Assembly: GCA_030704615.1 (NCBI GenBank)
Contig: CM060732.1
Coordinates: 3,658,001 to 3,722,000, forward strand
Direction: 5' to 3'
DNA: 64,000 nt
DNA from: Takakia lepidozioides
Taxonomy: Eukaryota; Plantae; Bryophyta
The notes under the pieces were generated by a model. It ran no database searches, had not been told where the DNA came from, and saw only the letters and a list, made by a program, of their open reading frames with translations. The translations under genes and the position numbers were made by a program. This document shows, piece after piece, positions 36,201-48,900 of the stretch. Numbering within the stretch: the first letter of the stretch is position 1; each line of letters starts with the position of its first letter.

Positions 36201-37620
36201 TTGGCCATCGAAATGATTTTGGTTCGCTTTGAGACTTGGCCAGTATGTTCAATGTACCATGTAAGAGGCCCCAAAGTAATATGAGATCAATCGAAATTTG
36301 TTCAATGGGCCAACGGATGGTTGCCCATCCAAATGATTTTCGTTCGCTTTGAGACTTGGCCGGTGTGTTCAACGTGCCCTCTCATACGTCCCAGTGTAAT
36401 ATGAGATCAATCGAAATTTGTTTGATGGGCCAATGAGGCGTTCAGTTGTCATCTGGTTTTTGTTCATTGCGAGAAAAAAAATCCTGCAATGCGTGCACGA
36501 CTATTGCACCCATTGAACGGATGGGTTGAAGCCCATCTTTTGCCCGCATGTGCTTGAACATGTGTGCAACATATGTTCGGAGACACAATAGACGAATAAA
36601 TCATTTGCCTCCCCATCGACGCGCTCACCCCTCAAGCCATTCCAGAACTTAATTGAATTTAAATTAATTTTAAGCCAATAAATAGTTTGCACTGCCTTTC
36701 GTTGGGGGTTTCTGGCACGCATCGATTTTGTTTTTGGTTCAATTTTGTTCTGCGGCTTCCAGCATCCCACTGCTACTCCCCTGCCAAAATTTGGACCAAT
36801 AAAAAATGCCCCCCAAAAAAAAGTGTTCTCTTCGCTCACTATTGCAGGACTCTTTATGAAGAGTGCATGAAGTAGAACACAAAACAAGTTTGGAGTGCAA
36901 AATAGGGAAGAAACTGTGGTTTTGGGTCCAAATGAATTTTGATCGCTCCCAAATTTGGCACGCACGTTGCATATGGAGTCATTACATGCCCCATTCAAAA
37001 ACAGAATGAAAAAAAAAACATGAACACGTGAAACACAGTCCAACAGGTCCCAAAGTAATAGCAGATCCAACGGAATACATTCAACGGGTGAACGGATGGT
37101 TGCCCATCCAAATCATTTTTGTTTGCTTCCAAACTTTGCCAGTACGTTCGAGACACCCTCTCACAGATCTCGGACTAATATGAGATCAATCAAAATTCAT
37201 TCGATGGCTCAACGGTTGGCCATCGAAATGATTTTGGTTCGCTTTGAGACTTGGCCAGTATGTTCAATGGACCATGTAAGAGGCCCCAAAGTAATTTGAG
37301 ATCAATCGAAATTTGTTCAATGGGCCAACGGATGGTTTCCCATCCAAATGATTTTCGTTCGCTTTGAGACTTGGCCAGTGTGTTCAATGTGCCCTCTGAT
37401 AGGTCCTAGTGTAATATGAGATCAATCGAAATTTGTTCGATGGGCTAATGAGGCGTTTAGTTGTCATCTGGTTTTTGTTCTTTACGAAAAAGAAATCCTG
37501 CAACATTCAACGGAAACATGAGTGAAAACAAATGCCCATCCAAATGATTTTCATTCACTTTGAGATTTGGCCAGTGTGTTCAATGTACCCTCTGATAGGT
37601 CCCAGTGTAATATAAAATCA
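30228..37620. repeat. Tandem satellite, ~1018-bp monomer, ~7 copies, built partly from ~119-bp subrepeats
   Basis: GCTTCCAAACTTTGCCAGTACG recurs at ~30232, 32051, 33068, 34087, 35089, 36106 and 37125. AATATGAGATCAATC recurs every ~119 bp. The first unit is rearranged and the last is the most diverged. Confidence 0.95.
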
Positions 37621-37629
37621 ATTGTTAAC

Positions 37630-39346
37630 GATTAATCATGAATCATCCAATAGGGGAACTGTTGGTTCACCCTTTGAACCATTTTACATTGACCTCATAC
37701 TTGTCCAGTAACTTTAAGAGGGCATGTACAAGACACTCGCAAAGTTTCAAATCAATCCAAAATTATTTGGCAGGGTAATGATTGGTTCACCCATAGCCAA
37801 TTTTAGGGGCTGAAATTGCCATTTCAGGGGCTGGACTAGCAATTGCCATTTCACAGGCTACAATTGCAATTTGAGGGGCTGGAATTATCATTTTTGGGGC
37901 TAGAATTGCAATTTGAGGGGTTGGTATTGACAATTTCAAGGGCTCAAATTACAATTTGAGGGGCGGCCGGAGTTGGCCATTTTAGGGACTGGCATTACCA
38001 ATTTTAAGGGCTTGAATTGCACTTTGAATTGTAATTCAAGGGTTAGAATGGGCCATAATGGGGCTAGAATTACCAAAGCAATGACATCCAAAGCAATATA
38101 AAATCATTTGATAGCGGAATGATTGGTTCACCCTTTCAACCATTTTTTTATTCACGTCATACTTGTCCGATATCTGTAAGAGGGCATGTGGCAGACACTT
38201 GCAAAACTTCAAAGCAATGTAAAATCATTTGATAGGGGAACAATTGGTTCACCCTTTCAACCATATTTTACTGACCTCGTACTTGTCCGGTACCTTTAAG
38301 ATGGCATGTGAAAGACACTTGCAAAGCTTCAAAGCACTCAAAAATCATTTGATATGTTCACGATTGATTCACCCTTTCAACCATTTTAGATTGACTTGAA
38401 ACTTGTGAAAGACCTGTAAGAGGGCATGTACAAGACATTTGCAAAGTTTCAAATCAATTTAAAATCATTTGGTATTTAAACCATTTTAGATTGATGTCGT
38501 ACTTCTCAAAGACGTGTAAAAGGGCATGTAGAAGACACTTGCAAAGTTTTGGAGCAATAAAATATCATTTCATCGGGGAAGTTTCCGTTCTCCCTTTCAT
38601 CCAATTTTGAATTGAACTGGATTTTTACTAAATAAAATGATTTAGAGGGCATATGATTGTGGATTTGTGGGGCGCAATGATTTTGTTTTTGGCTTGATTT
38701 TGTTCTGTGAGTTGAACCCTCACACCACCACATCCTTGCCAAAAAATGTACCAAAGAAAAATGTTTGAAAAAAAAACGTTCATCATTTGCTCTATGCTCA
38801 CTATTGCAGAACTCTCTATGAAAAGTGCATGAAGTTGAAGATAACTTCACCTTTGGAGTGCAAATGAGGGAATAAAATGTGGTTTTGGATGCAGACGATG
38901 TCTGTTAATGGTGATATTTTGCATGCAGACTCTTCATGTTGTTATCAAGCATATGGCTTCAGAATGGAATTAAAAACAATTCATGTGCAGGCGAAAGGTT
39001 GTTTCTCGTCTGTACGACATATACCTCCGTTATGAATTTGAATAACCCATTCAAACAACTTTGTTGAAGTTCAACTTTGGTCCACATGTGCTTAAGTACG
39101 TACAAATCACATACACAAAGTTGCAAGCGAAGAAAAAATCATTTGCCCCCCGAACGACTCGTTAAACCTTTCAACCAATTTTCAATCATGAATCATTTAA
39201 TAGGGGAACTATTGGTTCACCCTTAGAACCATTTTAGATTGACCTCATACTTGTCCGGTAACTTAAAGAGGGCATGTAGAAGACACTTGCAAAGTTTCAA
39301 AATCAATCTAAAATCATTTGGCAGGGGAACGATTGGTTCACCCATT
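37630..39346. repeat. Diverged relative of the satellite (inverted ~120-bp subrepeats) plus a ~20-bp minisatellite at 37800-38075
   Basis: TTGGTTCACCC...AAGAGGGCATGT...AAAATCATTTG units resemble the reverse complement of the satellite subrepeat. CTCACTATTGCAGAACTCT is in the same orientation as in the satellite. Confidence 0.75.
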
Positions 39347-39839
39347 GACCCGGTGTACACTGTCACTCTTCAAGATTCGTGGGTGTGGTGCTTGATTATC
39401 CCATATGATGGACCCAGGTGCCATGGCCAAGTAACAAACCATTAAAACATGATGGTACGAGACAAACACAATTGAAAACAACATTTTATTCAAACATGAT
39501 GTACAATCAGAGGTCTACAAGTTTCTATCCATCCTCCAACAATTTTTGGGCTCAGGCCAATTGAATAGCCCCGTCATGAAACGCTTCACAACATTTTCTA
39601 GTTTGTATCGCAATTCTACTGTGTTTACACACGTTTTCCAGAGCCGAAGCAAAACAGGTTCCAGTAGACATATCGTTGAACATGCTTTCAACGAATGTGT
39701 TACCCCCATTTATTGCCTGGGCTATCTTCCCAATTGCAAAGGTCTCTGATGGCACGGTTAGAGGGGGCCTAGGAGGTGTGCCATCTGACTGGTTGTTGGC
39801 TACATTATGAACAATTGCAATTTCAGGTAAATCCACCAT

Positions 39840-40270
39840 CTATGTGCGAGAGTCTTTATCATCTTGTCTCTGCTCTTGAAAATGTACAACGTGGTTTTTG
39901 GGTCATCCGTCATGGAGGCCATCCCCCAATCGCATACCCCGATGTACACATCTTAAGACCCTTGTGAAAAATGCAACAAGATGTTGTCGAGGGACATGTC
40001 GTTGTGTAAGAGGTGGTGATTATGGACGTTGAGCATGATGTGCAAAAGCGCCCATGCCAATTGGGTGCGATTCTGTCGGAATCGAACCAGTCGGTTGACC
40101 TCCTGCATTTCCTGCTCCGTCCCCCGTCGTTCCATTAACTTGTTATCCCGATCATTCCCCCATTTCCTGTCAATACTCAACCATGATCGTATGGTCCCCC
40201 CATTCCACCAATGTGTGTAACCTTCATTTCGACGTGGATGCAACGCAAAATACTTTATGATGCCGAAATG
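39840..40270 (-). pseudogene. Intronless protein kinase catalytic-domain fragment
   Basis: GIIKYFA...YTHWWNGGTI (subdomains IV-V), LLHNDMSLDNILL (VIb), and VYIGVCDWGMA (VII) after an in-frame stop. The N-lobe is missing. Confidence 0.8.
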
Positions 40271-42981
40271 CTGAAACTTTGCATTTCATTTGTAAGATGG
40301 TGATTTGGTCCCGAAGCGTTTGAACATCAGCACTCTTTGTGGAGTACAGACGCAAAAGAGAGGTTTGTTGAGAGACAGGGGCAGGAAGAAGAAGCAGAGG
40401 GGAATCAGGTCGGCGTGAGGGAGACGGGTAGTCTGCCTCGTCGGCAACCGTCTTTTGGCGTTTGGACGTCATGGTGTGGTGGAGGTGGCGCTAGCGCGTC
40501 AACGCGCGTGAGCGCGAGCGCCGACGTGCTGCGCGCGTGAGTGAGAGAGAGAAACGAGAGAGAGAGAGGAAGAAAAGAAGAAATTTTATGACGTTCAGGC
40601 AGAGAAGGGCTCTGTGATAAACAGTAGTATCTCATAGGAAGGAAGAAAAGTTTTTGCTCCTGTTGTTGCCAGTGCAAGGGGGGCACTGGCAGAGAGAGAG
40701 GAATACAATAGGGAGGAACATACAGAGACATCCGGTGCATATTTTGCACCGACGACCACCTCCCGCGTACTGTTACGCCGCAACTCATCGTCTCAGGACC
40801 AAGATGGCCGGCTCAAAATTCTCATCTTCCACCTGGTCACCACCCACCAATGCCAACATACAATGCACTGTAATCTACACCCTCACTTTCATCCAATCTT
40901 TGGAGAAAAATGTGGAGTTCATGCCCGTGGTACTCTACATCGGCTCTCTCTCTTATAAACTCTTCATTTCCATGTTCCACATAGATTTTTAAGGAAGGGT
41001 AGAACCCTGAATACAAGTCTCCATGAAGCATACCCAGGCAAAGTCGACTTCCTTTTGAGCAATTAAGCAAAAGCTAAGCCTGTGGGTACTATGCGTTGAG
41101 AAAAAGCTGGGATAATGAAGTCAACTGGAGAACGTAGCAACATGGTATTCTTTGCCACAGGCAGGGGAGGTCCAGACTTCTTACCTAGTGGAGGGAAATG
41201 CCATTGGTACAGATTATCACCAAGTGGTTGGAACTGGCTGAATCTGGCCCAATTATAATGCAAACCCACCTGCTCCTTCATCTGCTCAGCTTGAAGCTTG
41301 AGACGAGAATAGTTGGCCATAGAGGTCCCAGCGGCAATAGTAACATGGCTTAGACTCACTTTGTAAGGTTGCCCCTCACCATTGTGAAGGCACATAAGAT
41401 TGTTCATAATGTCAATGCTGGCCTCTGCACCCTTCATCCAATCCAGTCCCAGTAAAATTTGTTCGCCCATGGTGACAATGCAGGTCAACAAGACAGTTTT
41501 CCCACTAATGCGGATATGCAAAGTGACCAACCCTATGGGTTCATATGCCATGCCATCAGGTATGGTAACCTCAAGGCCACGGGCAGGGCTAATTTTCAAT
41601 CCAAGAATGCATGTGGAATGGCAGACATGGTACATCCAGTATCAATAACACATGGAAAGGAAAGGTGGCCCACATGACATTGTGTCATCAATGGGTGGAT
41701 CCGGTCCCTACTGATGCGCTTATAGGCCTCACAGTGCATGAGTTTGAAATCACGAGAAGGAACAACACTTACCATCGTTTTGGGGTTCTTACCATGGTCA
41801 TCTGGCACCCTCACAGACGACCGGGTTCGTTTAAAGTACCTTTCTGTTTTTTGTCTCTTTGCAACTGTTCAATCAGAGCAGGTAACTCAGATTGGTAGGG
41901 GCAACACCTGGTGTAATGCTTAGTGGACTTGCAGATCATGCATGCCACCACGGAAGTCCTGGCTTCATGACGAATGCCAGCATTGGTCTTACCTTGAGGC
42001 CCAGATTTGGCAGTGACTGTAGAGTTCCAGCTTGAAGTTCTCCTTGGATTTCATTACGAAAAGATGACAACTCATGCACAATGGACGGGACTAGATCTTC
42101 GGCAATACCTTTCACCCCAAGGTCCCCATCAGTATGCTCTACACAGTTACCATCACTAGCCAGATGAGTGTGTTTTGGTAACTTTAGACAGGCCTGCCTT
42201 GGCAGCTTTGAGACGTAACCTTTCTTCAATCAATTCCACCATCTCACCTTCAGTGGTGTAAGTCTGTTTTTGCATAAACACTTTCTCAGCAGGGGGCAAG
42301 CCCTTTGATAGCAGGTCTCTTTGAGGCAATTAGAACTGACTTACAGATTGCAGTTCGCAAGTCAGTGTAGTATTTCCACACACTGTCGCCATAATGAAAT
42401 TTTAAATCTGGTGTGGTGTAAGCTATGGGCTTTTCTTCACGAAAGAGCTTGCGAGCCAATTCTATGGCTTCTACCCAAGTAAGATCATTTTTGTCCTTAA
42501 TATTGGACTCAAACAGTTGCCTGGCCTCTCCCTTGAGACAGATCCGAAAAGACTTTACTTGAAACCGTGGGGGAACTCCATTCATTTCAATGCTGATTTC
42601 AAAAAATTCCAAGAAGGACTCAAAATCCTCCCCTAAGTTGTACTCAGGGTATTGTTGCTTATGCATTCGCTCCCCATGATCAGTAGTTGTATCTGGAACT
42701 TCAGTTTGTTTCAGCAACATCTTCATAAGCGGGAGGCAATTTGAAATCACCCCCATGACTTTACATAGCTCGTCCAAATCAAATGTGGGTTGAGGCACAG
42801 TCGCCGGATACTTATGATCTCCGGATGACTCTCCCCTTTCCATATTATTTCTTTCATTAGTTGATGTCTCTCCCCTCTCCTCCGCTGCACGTTTTTCCAA
42901 CTCATTTAGTCCCATCGTCTCTTCTGCTTCTCTCTCTAGCATAGATCTTGTAAATACAGGCATGAGAAGAGGAGTACACGA

Positions 42982-43827
42982 CTACCTGTCCGAAGGGGCA
43001 CTGAGCTTCGAATCCCACCCAGACACACAGTGAGATGTGATGAAGCGATGTTTGTGCAGCACGTACACTCCTTCCCCCAAGAAAGCCCACAGTTCCTCTT
43101 CACCCTTGAGCCAAAAAGTCACGCGCACGATGTTGCGTACCACCTTTTCCTTCACCAACACCGTGTGGGCAGGATATGCCTTGGCTGCTTCGGCCTTGTA
43201 GAGACCTATTGTTTCATGCCGAAAACACACCCCCGGAAAGATCAGCACATCACTGGGACAAAAAAGGAACTCAGAGTCGGGAATACCAGTGATGAGCTCT
43301 TCCCAAGTGGGATCCCGTGTAGGGGCTGGTGGAACTCGAGGCCTTAAATTAGCAAGCAGAATTGATGTACCTCCTTTAACCAGTTCCCACAATCATAGAG
43401 GGCTCAGCTTGTCAGGAGGCAGGAAGCTCTCAAGCTCTACACCCAATTCTCGATTCACAGAGAATTGTGGAATGCCCAAGACAGCCCAACTAAGTTTCTC
43501 ACCACTCTCCAACTGCTCCTTGGCACTAGCAAGGGGAATCTGTAGAGTGACTTCCCTGGAATGAAGCTTGAGGAGAAGGCGTGCGGCGTAGGCTCCCTGA
43601 AGAGACTCGCGAATGCGCCGGCTCTGCTCCCTCTGCTCCGCTTTAGTGTGTATGGGCTTGCAAACTTCTTTGCGTGCAGTTTCCTCAAAGGTCTTGGCCC
43701 AGAACTCTGAGGGCGTGTCCAGTGGGAGCTCAAGCCGTGGAATAGGTTCTCCCTCCAGATAATCGACAAACACCAGCTGCTCAGGTAACAGGTTGCGTGC
43801 AAGCTCACAAATGTAGCGAGATCCCAA
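42982..43827 (-). pseudogene. Unknown ~280-aa ORF upstream of gag (one internal stop)
   Basis: ORFs 43827-43393 and 43392-42982 are contiguous in frame and lie between the PBS and the gag ATG. Confidence 0.55.
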
Positions 43828-44090
43828 CGCCTGGGTCTATCTCAAGCGCAGGACCTCGAATTGATCAAGCTCAAACCAACCACGCTCAGAACTGGAAGCC
43901 ATAGTGCTCACTTGCAAAACACAAAAAAACTCGAGCAGACAAACTCTCTCTGTCTCTCTCTCTCTGTGCATGACATACAAGCCGCCATTTTGCCACTACC
44001 TCTCCCCTCAATCATGCAGGATCCCCCGTACACAATCTACTGCTCTCAGGTGTTTCCTACGAGCCAAATTCTTTGTTAACGATTTTTAAC

Positions 44091-44108
44091 TACCCCGCAT
44101 CTCCACCA
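44091..44108 (-). promoter_or_regulatory. Primer-binding site complementary to the tRNA-Ala 3' end
   Basis: TGGTGGAGATGCGGGGTA immediately follows the LTR-terminal CA and matches the 3' 18 nt of plant tRNA-Ala (TACCCCGCATCTCCACCA). Confidence 0.85.
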
Positions 44109-45962
44109 TGATTCCGGCGCTATGGGTTTGTTCCCCTTCCTCTACCGGACTTAATCCTATATGGGGAATGTAGTCGATAGATGGGCCTGGCAGATAAGAT
44201 GGAATCTCATGAAGAGGACGCAACTGAGTCGGACTTCCAAAACGCATTCATCCACATACTCAAGCACATCGTTACACCAAGCGTACACTCGCGTAAGACC
44301 CAAAAGCCACCACCCTCACTGCCACGGCAGTCGAGCTTAAATAGTATTAGGTCGTAATCTAATCTTAGTGCCGCGTGGCACTTACATATAGGCCAGCCAG
44401 ATGCCCTTCCAGCATAGCCATAGAAAGAAGCCAGATTACCCAGATCCATCCTAATCTAATCCTAAACTAGTTGTTAGAATAAGACAACACCTAATAAAGT
44501 TATAAGTTGTTGCCAACTCATCCTCATGCGCAAGGTGTAAGTTCATCCAGACTTCATCCTGGCTCCGTCCATCCCTAAATCATCCGGGGCGCATCCCTCC
44601 TCCGTTCATCCAAGTCGAAAAGGAAGGTGAGAAGGAATCCCAGCTCTACAGGCTTGTCCCAGGTATGTTTTCTTTATTTTATTTTCCCATTCTCAGCTAT
44701 AAACTCTACAAAGCCTCTTGAACTTACATTCTTTGGTGTCAGTTTCTATGGCCATACACATAGCTTTTCCATCTACAACACATGTTCGGCTTAGAAGGGA
44801 TTGCCTTTCCATTTAGTGTCTATAAGGGAGTATATTTTGGCTGTATGGAAGTTCATATTTGCCACATATGGAATAGCTTAGAGACACAAAAGAGTCCCCA
44901 CAAGACTGATATACCACAGAGTTGAGCCTAAATCCGTAATTGCCCGTGCACATGAAGAGCATAAGGAGATTATACAATTGGTCAGAAAACTGTATGAAGT
45001 TTGTCTTGAAAAAGATGATCCACAGACAGGAATGTTTGCTGCTAGAAGTCTATCAAGCTGACTATGAAGGGCTGTGGATTGTGAGGCAGGCTGGTCAAAG
45101 CCAATCTGGGCAGGGATGCATTTGGGGACCAATACAAGGCAGCAGATGTTTTCAAAGGGTCTGTCAAGTTATTTTACCACTAGTGTGAAGTTAGCTAGAA
45201 AATAGCCTGCTTTTATATATTGACATTTGGGATTGATCCAAGTGTCAATCCAGGGGCCAATACATGTTTAGGCACCTAGCGTTGTTATCTTCACGACAGA
45301 TCGCGGTGGGCTCATCTTTCTCGAGTTGAGCCTCACCGCGCCTAGCTATGGCGCCGTAGTGTGGATTCCCCATGGCGTGGGGTGCATTTGGCTTGACTTG
45401 TATTTGAGTGATGAGGTATATATGCATGAGTTTATGCTTCAGCTTGTGAGCTCGCATGAGCTTGTGCTTGTATTCTTCTTCTTTATCACTCGAGAAAGAT
45501 GAGCTCGTATCTGTGAGTGCCAGATATGAGTTAGTTGTAGCACTTGTGGTTTTTGCTTGAGAATGAGAGAAACCAGGTTGTTATGCAAGGAGCACCGTGG
45601 AGCTCTTGGTTGTTAGAAGCGGAGGCAATGTGGGTTACGAGGTGGTAGACCTTGGCATTCGATCTTCAACTTCAGAGATGAAAGCACCATACTGCAGGTA
45701 ATTCCAGAGCACCTTGATGGTTTCAGATTGTGTACATGCATGAGCAAGCACGATTGGGAAGAGGACCAGTCAAGAGCAGGTTATAGTGGCTTTGGTGGCA
45801 AAGCTGAGAACTGGACTTGGGAATGCGAGCTTTCATTGTGTGAAGGATTGCAAGACCAAGCGAAAGGGCTGATTTGGCTTGGGGCAAATCAGTGCATTTT
45901 GTGGAGTATGTTGAGAGTGGGTTTCAATCTCGAGCTTCAGCATTGAGAGGGCTCTTGTCATG

Positions 45963-48900
45963 CACTACAACATATGAGCGTTTTTATGACTGCACATATG
46001 ACTATTTTTTCAGTCCTATATGCGTTCATGACTACATCACTCTGTAGTGAAAAAAGCCCTGTCATAGCGACTAGTCTTTAGGACTGCATTTTGCAAGTCA
46101 TAGCCGTGACTGCGTGCGTGGCACCTGGAGTCATGCATAAGAGAGTGATGTAGTTACAACTCTATGACTTACATGCGACTAACTATATGACTACATTGTC
46201 TGATGAGCGTTGCCTATATGGAGAGGCTTTAGAGAAACACGTGCACCACTGCGCAAGCAACACGTCACGACACCTGTTGCACTTCAGATGTGACATGTGG
46301 CACTTAGACATAATATATGACTAGCATATATGGCAGGGTTTATGCCACGTGTCATCAAGAATGTCTCTGAAAATAATTTAATAGTTATATTTGTAATTTT
46401 AAATTCTTAAATTTATATTTATATTTTTGAAAACAGGGGATAACAGCTTGGAAAATTTTATTAAATGGTATTATTGTTTAATTTAATACTGTTATATAAA
46501 ATAAAAATAGATTAAATGATTTAAATTCTTCATTACATGGTGAAATTCTGATATAAAAAGAGAATGGACCCCTCTTGCATACTAGCAACCACAAGGACAT
46601 TCAAAATAGACAAGTTCAGGGGAATACACGCCGAGTAAATTATATTACAAAAATCCAAATGAGACCAATGTCCCAATGGACACCTCAAAGGCCACAAGGT
46701 CCAAAAATCCACGCCTGAAAAGGTCCAGTAAGCAAAAAATAAGCAAGCCCACACATGGGCTGAATTGTTGTAATACTAGTTTGTTCTGGTGCTACTAGAA
46801 TCAAGGACCCTGATGCGGGCAGAAGGGAAGACCCAGGCCCTGTCGGGGTTCAGCCGGCAAAAGAACAAGCTGCTGACAGCAACAACATGGAAGCAAAGTG
46901 GATACAAGTTGATTTTGACAAACCTGAGTCCATCAGACAAGGCATCAGAAGGCCCAAACAAAGAACACTGTGCAATATCTGTAATAACATGAGACACAGT
47001 CGTCACGTCACACGCTAACCCAACATGGGTCTTGGCAAACTTTGAGCAAAGCTGAATCAATCACAGAAGCAAAAAAAGGGGCAGGACCTCAAGGGAAGAT
47101 GTATGGAGTACCTTTTGCAGTGATCAATGAGTATGTGGAAGGAGGAGAAGCTTACCCACTGCCAAGCATGGAGTACATGATGCAACCAACAGCACAAGTA
47201 TCATGTCAGTTCACTCATAATGAGCTGGAGGCACTGGATGAGTTGGACGAGATATACCATATAAGTGATCACACTCCAATAAGACTACAACAACACCCCA
47301 CATCAACATGTTGACACGGGGAAGTGCAAAGAAGGCCAAAATAGGGGATGGGATGCCTATTCTGCAAAAATCCAGCGAAGACATCAAGGATTTAGGGCAA
47401 AAACATGGATTTGGTGAAGAAGAATGCATTGGCATGGACAACATCTACAGCTCAGCAGGGTTTGAGCGCCAACCAGAGATATTCATAGGAGAGGGTGACA
47501 AAAGTGAGGAAGAAGCCAAACTTATATTTTCCTCATTGTAGCATCCAACTGATGTCCCAGTTTTTTGTCCCTCACTGCTGGGGATTTAACAGATTGTTTA
47601 ACTATCTGACAAAATAATTTCTGTAAGAGGTCACCTCAATATCAAGCAACTTTGTGTGCCATGCATTTATGGGGTTGGATTACTATCCATTATTGCAGGG
47701 GGAGCCATCAGAAACATTTAAGAATAAGACAAGTGGCTGGCCACGCTGGTTGTCTGCCCAGACAAACCTCGACCTATTAAGCAATACTCTGGAACAAACC
47801 TTAAGCTCGCGGAGAGTGTTTGGTGAAAGGCTCATCTCATTCTGCCCAGCAAAAGGACGAAATGAAGCCCCCAAGCATAGGACTTTCTTGAGTCCAAACT
47901 GTTTAAGGTAGCGCAAAGCGAGTGCCAATGCTTGCACAACTATGTCTGGCATTGCCATCACTGCCTGCATCCCAAGAACATCCATCCAGTTACAAAATGC
48001 AAGCAGGGAGGGCAGGAGGCACATATCAGAGGAAGACATGGAGAGGATTTATTGTGCCCAGCTCACCTGCAAGCCTTCATCCACCTTCTCCTCTTTGGGG
48101 GACATTTCTCCCTCTGAAGCAGTGCCTACCACACTTGAGTTTTGATTGGACTGGCTTCCATAAAAAGCGACCACCTCAGCAACAGCTCCCCCGTCTTTGA
48201 AGCAATCACGTGGCATGCGTTCAACACGAACCTCTGAGGCAGGCCCTGCAAATTCCATCAAAAGCTACACCCACAAATGCACTTAAGAACATCAACAAAC
48301 TTCTTCTTACTGCCCTGCACAAGCTCCCAAATCCCTTATACACAAAACCACAAAAGAGTAGGAATAATTGCAACAGCAACGCGGTATACCCACCTTTTCA
48401 GTTGCTGAAGCCAGAGGTGTTGCAAGGAGGAGCTCAGGTGGGGAACATGTCAGCAACCGTGCCTCCAGCTCAGTACGCATCACCGTGCCCTTAAAATCTC
48501 CATACATAACATCCCCTGTTGCAGTCTCTACAGCCACAACCCCAAACCGTGTATCAAAACTGCTTGCTTTTCTGTCTCCTTTTAACCCAAATCGCCCCCC
48601 CTCTTCAGCAGCAGCCATCTCACCCATTCTTCCGGGCAGGCCAACACGTGCCTTGTTAGGGCTCTAGCCATGCAATAATGGCTGTTCTGCAATGCACATG
48701 AGATAGGTACTCAAGTGCCCAACCCTTCCCTGTGTCTCTCCTCCTAGATCTTCAACAGCCTCAAGCGTTGCCCGGGTGTAGAGGGCCGAGAGATTACGGG
48801 TGAAAGGCCCAATTTTGTTTGCCCCATGTGCTTTGATTGCTTCTGTCTCTGTTTGTCTGACAACCCCAACTTTATACCCATATTCCACAAGGCGCCGCAC

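Larger units (their letters stand above)
40790..44650 (-). mobile_element. 5' half of a Ty3/Gypsy-like LTR retrotransposon: LTR, PBS, extra ORF, gag, protease, dUTPase-like
   Basis: Putative LTR TGTAGAG...GGAATCA (44650-44109; outer end inferred) directly followed by a tRNA-Ala PBS. gag at 42963-42286 (EDFESFLEFFE...CLKGEARQLF), protease CVIDTGCT, and dUTPase-like IIPAFSQRIVPTGL. No RT or integrase. Confidence 0.8.

Noticed and set aside
30316-37387. Recurrent 60-212 aa ORFs
   Set aside because: They are satellite translations broken by homopolymer indels between monomers, with no recognisable domain.
44091-44108. tRNA-Ala gene fragment
   Set aside because: Only the 3' 18 nt including CCA are present, abutting an LTR end; this is a PBS.
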